Source of the DNA: a virus
Lineage: Duplodnaviria > Caudoviricetes
Virus record (IMG/VR): IMGVR_UViG_3300010376_000008
Location: 1 to 63,137 of that record
Strand: one strand, 5' to 3'
DNA length: 63,137 nucleotides
The notes under the pieces were generated by a model. The model searched no databases. It had not been told where the DNA came from and saw nothing but the letters and a program-made list of their open reading frames with translations. The first letter of the stretch is position 1. Every line of letters begins with the position of its first letter. Position numbers and translations under genes: made by a program. Positions 56,775 through 63,137 of the stretch are shown in pieces.

Positions 56775-56951
56775 TCAATCCTGAAACGGAACCGTCGATT
56801 TCGCTTGCTTGAACGCGCGGTATTGCTGCAGCACCTCGACGATCAGCCAGGCGCGCGTGCGCTCCTGCCGCATGGCTTCCTTGTCGATGAAAGCCAGCAG
56901 GTCAGGCGGCAACCGGATAGACGTCGGGTAGGAATCGTTGAAGCGCCTCAT
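56775..56951 (-). CDS. Unlisted ribbon-helix-helix (Arc/CopG-like) regulator, 58 aa
   Basis: MRRFNDSYPTSIRLPPDLLAFIDKEAMRQERTRAWLIVEVLQQY; ATGA overlap. Confidence 0.8.
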   Translation of the reverse strand: MRRFNDSYPTSIRLPPDLLAFIDKEAMRQERTRAWLIVEVLQQYRAFKQAKSTVPFQD

Positions 56952-57295
56952 TTGGCGGGCTCCGCAGCTGGCGGCGGCGCGGGCGGCTCGCCCGGCTTGG
57001 GTTCGGCCGGAACCACGGTGCCGGCGGGGGCGGCCTCGATCTTGGCGCGGAAATAGCGGGTGGCGGTCGACAGGTCGATGAACCGTCCCTGCTCGGCGGT
57101 CTGCAAGATCCCGTTCTGCCCCAAAAGGGCGGTCTGCTCGTCAGGCGTGAGCGTGATCACCTTGCAGGAGGCGGCGCCGGGCGGGCAGCTCTCGGCGTTC
57201 GCGCATTTGTCGAGCGTAAACAACAAAAAAACCACCCCTACGGAAAACGCTATCACTTTCAAAAAGTGCAGGGAGGCGGCGTCGTGAGGATCCAT
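56948..57295 (-). CDS. Exported/membrane-anchored protein
   Basis: Hydrophobic segment ending CANA|ES; Pro-rich tail. Confidence 0.7.
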   Translation of the reverse strand: MDPHDAASLHFLKVIAFSVGVVFLLFTLDKCANAESCPPGAASCKVITLTPDEQTALLGQNGILQTAEQGRFIDLSTATRYFRAKIEAAPAGTVVPAEPKPGEPPAPPPAAEPAK

Positions 57296-57378
57296 GAAAA
57301 CTCCGCGGCTCGTGCCCGCCGGTCCGGGCGGACCTTGGGGACAGGGAGGATTGAAGGGCGGACACGAGCCTGGGAGAC

Positions 57379-57407
57379 GTGTAGACTACAGTTGACTACG
57401 GTGTCAA
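57379..57407 (-). promoter_or_regulatory. Leftward promoter with tandem operator half-sites
   Basis: TTGACA-N17-CTACAC; GTAGTC twice, 10 bp apart. Confidence 0.65.
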
Positions 57408-57409
57408 TA

Positions 57410-57796
57410 CTAAGTTGCAGGCGTTGCCGTGAACGACACCGGCGTGGAGACGGGGGCGGGCGGCGTGAACGACACGGAAACAGGCGGGACCGGGTCGGGA
57501 GCCGGGACAGGCTCGGGAGCCGGGACAGGCTCGGGAGCCGGGACAGGCTCGGGAGCCGGGACAGGCTCGGGGACCGGGTCGGGAGCCGCCGGCGCGTCAG
57601 GCTCGTTGACGGCCTTGAGGACGTCGTCGATGTGCGGGGCAGCCGCGTCGGCGGGCTTGCCTTCCAGCTCGTTGACGACCGAATTCATTTCCTTGAGGGC
57701 GGTGTTGTGGCCGTCGCGATCCCAGGTGCCGGAATTGCCGTACTCGTAGAGCTTGTGAATCTCCGCGCGCAAGCGCGCGAACTTCTGCTTGGACAT
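57410..57796 (-). CDS. Protein with PEPVPA tandem repeats
   Basis: 18-bp repeat at ~57490-57590; GGGAG RBS. Confidence 0.7.
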   Translation of the reverse strand: MSKQKFARLRAEIHKLYEYGNSGTWDRDGHNTALKEMNSVVNELEGKPADAAAPHIDDVLKAVNEPDAPAAPDPVPEPVPAPEPVPAPEPVPAPEPVPAPDPVPPVSVSFTPPAPVSTPVSFTATPAT

Positions 57797-57838
57797 GGTC
57801 GGGACTCCCGGTTGTGACAAGGTAACGCAGGCCGAGGA

Positions 57839-58237
57839 TTACGAGTTCCCGGCCGTGCCGGCAAGCGGATCCTCGGGATTGAAGGGCGACGGGTTGGTCA
57901 GGTTGGCGAATTCGGTTGCCAGCGAATCCAGCCGGCGCTGCTCGTCCTCGGTGGCCACGCAGGCGAGCTGCACCAGGGCGGTATATTCCCGAGCGGCCTT
58001 GACCAGCAGCTGCCGGCGCACCTCCACCAGCTGAAGCAGCGACTCGCGGCGATTTGAAAGCTCGGTCGAGGCGGTAACGAGCGGCTTGGTGGCATCCGTC
58101 AGGTGCTCGGACAGGATGCCCGACAAGCTCGGGGGCTTCAGCACAACGGTGTGCGAAATCGGTGCCGGACGTGGGGGAACCAGCTCGGCGGCAAGCGCGT
58201 CCAGGTCGACCGGCGACGGGCGGGCGGTGTCGTTCAC
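57839..58237 (-). CDS. Coiled-coil hypothetical protein
   Basis: GTGA overlap. Confidence 0.6.
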   Translation of the reverse strand: MNDTARPSPVDLDALAAELVPPRPAPISHTVVLKPPSLSGILSEHLTDATKPLVTASTELSNRRESLLQLVEVRRQLLVKAAREYTALVQLACVATEDEQRRLDSLATEFANLTNPSPFNPEDPLAGTAGNS

Positions 58238-58806
58238 CGGTTCGGCTCCCTGATGTCGCGCGCGCAGGCGTAGCGGAAGTCGTTGGTGACGGGGTCGACG
58301 GTGATCACCGGCCGGTAATGGGTCGAGCAGGTGAAGTGATGCGGGGGAATCACCACGGTGGAGGTTGCAGGGGGTGGCGTTGGAAGGGGATCGTCGGCGG
58401 CCGCCAATTCCAGCAGGCGGAACTGTTCGGCGGGAGCCGGGAAGCGATCGTCGAACGAGAGGGTGGCCGGCTGCCGGCCTGGGTTGGGGGGCCCTGGATC
58501 AACCGACAGCCGGCTCTTGTGCCTCGCTTGCGTCGAGGCATCACGCGTCGCGCGGACGAATGCGGCGGACACCGCGCGGCGGCGTTGGGGATGAACGGCG
58601 CCAGGACGCGCCTCACGGCGGCCCCATTCCACCCACGTGGGCGTGGAACTCACAGCCCGCCGCTCAACCGGATACCAGCAGCGCTGGTGATGGATGATTC
58701 GATAGTGCGTGATCCCAAGGGAGGGGGAAGGCGATTGATAGCAGGTGGCGGCGCGCGCGGGCGTGATGACGGCAAAGAAAGCCAGGGCAAGCAGGACGCG
58801 CCGCAT
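58234..58806 (-). CDS. Exported Pro/Arg-rich protein
   Basis: MRRVLLALAFFAVITPARA|ATC. Confidence 0.65.
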   Translation of the reverse strand: MRRVLLALAFFAVITPARAATCYQSPSPSLGITHYRIIHHQRCWYPVERRAVSSTPTWVEWGRREARPGAVHPQRRRAVSAAFVRATRDASTQARHKSRLSVDPGPPNPGRQPATLSFDDRFPAPAEQFRLLELAAADDPLPTPPPATSTVVIPPHHFTCSTHYRPVITVDPVTNDFRYACARDIREPNR

Positions 58807-58910
58807 GATGGTGGCCTTTTTGCGGCGGCGCCGGGACTGGACAGGGATGGGGGAAACGACTGCCCCGGCGCCGCCTGTGATCACCCGAGGGGGTATCTCG
58901 AGCCGGGGAA

Positions 58911-58939
58911 GTGTAGTTGAAATGACTACCGGGTGTCAA
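58911..58939 (-). promoter_or_regulatory. Leftward promoter with operator GTAGTC-N5-AACTAC
   Basis: TTGACA-N17-CTACAC, same architecture as 57379-57407. Confidence 0.65.
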
Positions 58940-59265
58940 GAGGCGTAGCGGCGGCGCGCTTCCTCCACCAGGACCAGGACTGGTTTGTCGATCGGGTGCA
59001 GGTGGATGATGCCATCGCGCTCGGTCGTGCACATGGCTTGGGCGATATCCAACTGTACCGGACGGGCGTGAGTACGAAATTGATGGGCGCGCTGGCCGCG
59101 GTACCACAGTTGCGAATCCAGTTCGGCATCGGAGCGCGGCTCGGGCAGCCGCTCGAGATCGCGGTGCAGATTGTTTTCCAGCCAAATGAGGTAACGCACC
59201 AGTGCGCGGCGGTGCAGCTCCAGCGAGGAGTCGCCGTCAAGCCAGTACCAGAGAGGGGACGTCAA
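58936..59265 (-). CDS. Hypothetical protein
   Basis: Tiling. Confidence 0.55.
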   Translation of the reverse strand: MTSPLWYWLDGDSSLELHRRALVRYLIWLENNLHRDLERLPEPRSDAELDSQLWYRGQRAHQFRTHARPVQLDIAQAMCTTERDGIIHLHPIDKPVLVLVEEARRRYAS

Positions 59266-59543
59266 TTGGTTTTTCCTTTGCCGGGCAGGATCTCACATAG
59301 GACGACGACCGGGCCGAATTTGCGGGCCCGGATGACGATGGGTTTGGTCGATATGTGGGCGCGTGGGTAGCGCTGCTTGATGGCCTGCATGAGGTAAAAC
59401 CAGCGCCAGAGCGTGGCGGTCCCGGTGATGGTGCGGCCGCGGCTGCGCAGGGTGATTAAGTAAAAACGATCATTGCCTTTCGGGACTTCCACAAAGCCCG
59501 GTGGGATTGAGTCGGATTTTTTGCCGATGAAAACGTTTTGCAC
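59262..59543 (-). CDS. Basic hypothetical protein
   Basis: GTG right after DUF1643 stop. Confidence 0.5.
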   Translation of the reverse strand: MQNVFIGKKSDSIPPGFVEVPKGNDRFYLITLRSRGRTITGTATLWRWFYLMQAIKQRYPRAHISTKPIVIRARKFGPVVVLCEILPGKGKTN

Positions 59544-59544
59544 T

Positions 59545-60051
59545 TCAAACCCCAAACGGTTGCGGTCGGGTTCCACTTTTGATGTAGAGCGGGTGTTTCG
59601 GGGCTCCAGTTTTTGTGATGCCAAGGCAGAACACGGCCGAGTGATGGTGCCGCAAAAGGTTGAATACCGGAATCGAACGGCGGGCGGCCGTCGGATGGGC
59701 CCCCCACGCGCAGATGACGAAATTGCAGCGGGTAATGGCGACTTCGATGCTGCTGTCGTTTTTCGGACCGATCGGATCGGCGGCACGGGTTAATTCAATG
59801 GGGTCGGTCGCGCGCAGGGCAAAGAGATTTACGACTTGCAGACTGCCCTGCTCGAAACTTCTAGCCAATCGGACGCACGATCGGATGGTAGCGTCATCAA
59901 TCATGGCGTCGGCGGTGCTCGGGTTGAGCATGACGAACAGAACGCGTGGCTTGCGGAAATCCCACATGCGGCTAAGCAAATAGCGATAGCGCCCGCAGTC
60001 GGAAAGCACGGCACTACGTTCGAGGTATGCATTCACCAGGAGCAATCCCAC
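59545..60051 (-). CDS. DUF1643 family protein
   Basis: SDCGRYRY.L.R.W; FVMLNPSTAD..DD.T; VVNLFALRATDP; CAWG; PKHPLY. Confidence 0.9.
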   Translation of the reverse strand: MGLLLVNAYLERSAVLSDCGRYRYLLSRMWDFRKPRVLFVMLNPSTADAMIDDATIRSCVRLARSFEQGSLQVVNLFALRATDPIELTRAADPIGPKNDSSIEVAITRCNFVICAWGAHPTAARRSIPVFNLLRHHHSAVFCLGITKTGAPKHPLYIKSGTRPQPFGV

Positions 60052-60373
60052 GAGGCTCGCGATGCGATCTAGAGGGTATCTGGTAGCACGAAAAGGTGGA
60101 AGTGACTACAAAATTTTTGGAAAAATTTTTTCTGGGGGCCGGTCAGGTTGGGGTGCCCGAAATCATAAAACGCTGCGGGCCGATGGGGTGCCTAAATACC
60201 TCCAGGGAGCCGGGGTCCACGCGTCACGACTGCGGTATGTAGTCGATGACTACGCCACCATAACATGCATAGTCGGTAGTCGAGCAAAAGGGTAATGCTC
60301 TACCTCTAGCGCCAGCTGCGGCGCCGCGACAACATGACGCACGATTCGACTGGCTACCGCTCGGCATAAGTGA

Positions 60374-60388
60374 GAACAAAACACGAAC
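60374..60388. promoter_or_regulatory. Alphaproteobacterial LexA (SOS) box
   Basis: GAAC-AAAACAC-GAAC (GAAC-N7-GAAC) in the intergenic control region. Confidence 0.6.
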
Positions 60389-60585
60389 ACTGTGAAGTAT
60401 CAAAGGTGTCGGTGACAATATTGTAAGTCTGTCACGTGCAGTAAATGCTGCAGCTGGCGCTTGGCCAGCAAAACCGTAGTCAATGGTAGCCGGTCCGATC
60501 GGAATGGATGCCGCTTGACTCACTTCAGGTGATACGCGAGCTAGGAATATGATGGATGTGAAACACGCGATAATGGATACAACTT

Positions 60586-60825
60586 GTGCACCCTAACTGT
60601 TTTCGTAGACACCCCGTGGCTAATCCGTTTGATGCTGCGATTAGAAGCCTAATTCCAGACCTTTCTAAGCACAAGGTGCAAGCGTTTTTCGGCCGGCCGG
60701 TTACGCGGCAAGCATTGCAGCATTGGCGTGCAGGTCGTCGACGTCCTCCGCAATGGGTCATCGACCGTGTCCGCGACGCAATCAACGCGCAAAGCGCCGC
60801 GTTGGACACCGTTGCAACGCAGTAG
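60586..60825 (+). CDS. Small Cro-like HTH protein
   Basis: VTRQALQHWRAGRRRPPQWV. Confidence 0.55.
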   Translation: MHPNCFRRHPVANPFDAAIRSLIPDLSKHKVQAFFGRPVTRQALQHWRAGRRRPPQWVIDRVRDAINAQSAALDTVATQ

Positions 60826-60980
60826 CGCTACCTCCCGTAACACAAAAATCCTCCCAATCGCGTTCTAGCGGCCGCCTGATGGCCGTACGCTCCAGCCTTA
60901 CCTCGGATCAAAACTTTTATAAAAACTAGCGTAAGCCCATTTCTGGGAAGTTTTTGCATACCGTCGATTTCAAAAACAGC

Positions 60981-61009
60981 TTGCAAAACGCAATTATAAA
61001 GAGTACAAA
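60981..61009 (+). promoter_or_regulatory. Early promoter
   Basis: TTGCAA-N17-TACAAA. Confidence 0.55.
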
Positions 61010-61046
61010 ATTCGACGGTCACTTCAGACCGCAACGGAGGATTCAA

Positions 61047-62162
61047 ATGTCTCACAATATCGACTTCACGAATGGTCGCGCCAATATGGCCTTCCGCGGA
61101 GACCGCGATAACATTTGGCATCGCCTTGGCCACCAAAAGCAACCAGGTGAATCAATCGACTCTTGGGCACGCGACGCGGGGCTGGATTGGACCGCTATCA
61201 TGGTTCCCTCGATTGTCGACTTGCGCGGACCGCAATTCCATCACCTGCCCGAGTCGTCTCGCATGATCGCGGCCGACGGTGACCGCTACATCGTTCGGTC
61301 CGATACGGGTGGCGTCCTCGGTCACGTGTCCGACGGCTATCAGCCGGTGCAGCCCCGCGACGTCCTTGACTGGTTTGAGCGTTACATTGCAGTCGACTCG
61401 CGTTTCCAGCTGGACGTCGCGGGTTCGCTCAAGGACGGTCGGATCATCTGGGCTACCGCCACCTACAACGAGCAGGACGACTCGTCGGCAATCGGCAAAC
61501 ACACTGCGCGACTCCTGATGACTACCACATTCGATGGCACGGCAAGCACCGTGAACAAGGCCACCATGACGCGCGTCGTTTGCAACAACACGCTGGACGC
61601 GGCGCTTGCGGATCCGGACTGCACAATCAAGACGCGGCACAACACGAAATTCGATCACGCGCGCATCGGCCGTGAGTTGTCTCGCATTGCGCACGGGTTC
61701 GACAAGTACCGCGAAATGGCCGAAAGCATGGCACGCGTGGAACTGAAAAACGGTGACATCAGCCTGTTTTTCAAAAAGGTTCTGGACATCGACTTCAGCG
61801 CCAAAGCGGAGGACATCAGCGCCCGCAAGATGAATCAATTCAAGGCGCTTGGCGACGCGTACAAAGAAACGGTCCGCGAGGGGACGCAGCCCAACACGGC
61901 TTGGACGGCGCTTAACGCGGTCACGCGTTGGGTCGACCATGACCGCAGTGTGAAGGGTGGCGCCGACGTCGACGCGGCACGCTTCCACTCGGCACAATTC
62001 GGCTCGGGTGCCGGCATCAAGGCCGATGCCGTTGCGGTTCTGCAGCTGCTGTCACAAGACGAGACTCGCAAGGTGTTCTTAGGCGCCGCAGTCGACGAAC
62101 CCGCTAAGACCATCGGCGCCGATTCGAACGCTGTCGCGCGTTTGTTGTCCTCCGTCAACTAA
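61047..62162 (+). CDS. DUF932 (TIGR03299-like) phage/plasmid protein
   Basis: MSH....WHRLG; AGLDW; VRSDT..LG.VS..YQPVQ; AGSLKDGR; RVVCNNT; TAW.ALNAVT..DH. Confidence 0.88.
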   Translation: MSHNIDFTNGRANMAFRGDRDNIWHRLGHQKQPGESIDSWARDAGLDWTAIMVPSIVDLRGPQFHHLPESSRMIAADGDRYIVRSDTGGVLGHVSDGYQPVQPRDVLDWFERYIAVDSRFQLDVAGSLKDGRIIWATATYNEQDDSSAIGKHTARLLMTTTFDGTASTVNKATMTRVVCNNTLDAALADPDCTIKTRHNTKFDHARIGRELSRIAHGFDKYREMAESMARVELKNGDISLFFKKVLDIDFSAKAEDISARKMNQFKALGDAYKETVREGTQPNTAWTALNAVTRWVDHDRSVKGGADVDAARFHSAQFGSGAGIKADAVAVLQLLSQDETRKVFLGAAVDEPAKTIGADSNAVARLLSSVN

Positions 62163-62165
62163 CGG

Positions 62166-62242
62166 ACTGTGACAGCTGCTACCACCGGGCAAGGTTCACG
62201 TGTTCCCGGTGGTAGCGACGGTCACAGTGCCGAAAACGGAGG
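62166..62242 (+). promoter_or_regulatory. Conserved stem/internal-loop/hairpin element before RBS (copy 3)
   Basis: ACTGTGAC-AGCT-[GCTACCACCGGG..CCCGGTGGTAGC]-GACG-GTCACAGT-GCC..GGAGG. Confidence 0.65.
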
Positions 62243-62250
62243 ACTCCACG

Positions 62251-62913
62251 ATGACACCACAGTTTATTCTAGCCCGTTCACTTTGTCGCGAACCACACTG
62301 CGCGGGTCCGCACAATGTGCCTTTCGCCCAATGGTCCGCTGAACAACACAACGACTACATACATCGCGCACAGTCGGAAATCGAGAATATGGGCTACGCG
62401 CCCGGCTATGCCGAGCCCGGCTACAGCGATCCGAAACGCGGGATTCTATTCGCGAATTGGAATTACTTTCCGCGCGATATCGGGAACTTGCTTGAAAAAG
62501 CAGGTTTTGAAATCGAATGGTCGGACGAATGGACAACATGCGAGGACTGCGGCAAGGCGCTTCGCACATCCCCCAATTCGTACGACTGGCAACCGTCCTA
62601 CTTGCACGCGAAAGACAGCTGCGAGTTTTTGTGCCTCGACTGTGCCGAGAACGAAATGGAGGATATCCTCGAAAGTTATGAGAACGACCCACGCGCTGCA
62701 TTCAATGATCACGTCGACCCCGCGGACTACGGCTATCACAAGCTTGAAGGCGACTTCGAAAGCGGATTCCATCCCGGTCAGAACGACGATCCGAAAAAAA
62801 TCTACGCCCGCTTGAAAGCGGCCGGTCACGAGCGACTGTTGTTCGTGATTGACCGCGTGCAACAATTCGACGTGTCGTTTTCAATCTGGGAAAAAATCGA
62901 GGACGACGAATAA
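62251..62913 (+). CDS. Acidic early protein with CxxC pairs
   Basis: GGAGG RBS; YAEPGY, WSDEWTTCEDC, CLDC. Confidence 0.8.
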   Translation: MTPQFILARSLCREPHCAGPHNVPFAQWSAEQHNDYIHRAQSEIENMGYAPGYAEPGYSDPKRGILFANWNYFPRDIGNLLEKAGFEIEWSDEWTTCEDCGKALRTSPNSYDWQPSYLHAKDSCEFLCLDCAENEMEDILESYENDPRAAFNDHVDPADYGYHKLEGDFESGFHPGQNDDPKKIYARLKAAGHERLLFVIDRVQQFDVSFSIWEKIEDDE

Positions 62914-62933
62914 AAGCGGGCCGCACCCTTTTC

Positions 62934-62963
62934 AGCCCCGGGCACAACCCCGGGGCTTTTTTT
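62934..62963 (+). terminator. Rho-independent terminator
   Basis: AGCCCCGGG-CACAAC-CCCGGGGCT followed by T-tract. Confidence 0.85.
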
Positions 62964-62971
62964 ATGCCCGG

Positions 62972-63137
62972 GCTCCCTGGTGCCGCCGCCCCGAGCCTCC
63001 CGGGCTCCCTGGTGCCGCCGGCCAGCTGCCGGGCTCCCTGGTGCCGCCCCGAGCCTCCCGGGCTCCCTGGTGCCGCCCCGAGCCTCCCGGGCTCCCTGGT
63101 GCCGCCCCGAGCCTCCCGGGCTCCCTGGTGCCGCCCC
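62972..63137. repeat. 29-bp tandem repeat, right part
   Basis: Five units (one with extra GCC, one degenerate) plus an 18-bp partial; same unit as positions 1-135. Confidence 0.97.

Larger units (their letters stand above)
1..63137. mobile_element. Near-complete/complete tailed bacteriophage genome (podovirus-like), probably circular contig
   Basis: Terminase, portal, capsid, tail, lysis and replication genes are present with no host housekeeping genes; both ends lie in the same 29-bp array. Confidence 0.95.

Overview
The window looks like one essentially complete ~63 kb tailed-phage (Caudoviricetes) genome with podovirus-type morphogenesis genes. It starts and ends inside the same 29-bp tandem array, so it is probably a circular contig opened at that array. 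The host is probably an alphaproteobacterium; this is inferred from high GC, a GAAC-N7-GAAC LexA-type box and an orphan OmpR/CtrA-like winged helix. Layout: (1) early + strand genes crossing the junction (61047-3045), around an AT-rich candidate origin; (2) a leftward prim-pol/helicase; (3) a + strand replication module (PolA, Cas4-like and VRR nucleases, SNF2 helicase, Dam) to ~19030; (4) a long - strand late region (~60050 to 19093) with accessory and glycosylation genes, terminase, portal, capsid, tail and ejection proteins, fibres and lysis genes. Most interesting signals: three fibre-like proteins with apparent Sec signal peptides that share motifs with a signal-less partner; a five-enzyme sugar-modification cluster with an Acb2/Tad1-like sponge inside it; an unannotated leader peptide plus antisense RNA upstream of the primase; a covarying RNA hairpin before three early genes; a genome-wide GTAGTC/GACTAC operator set with an unannotated RHH regulator; and an 11-aa Arg-rich micropeptide heading the capsid operon. 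All family calls come from reading motifs by eye; no searches or folding programs were run.
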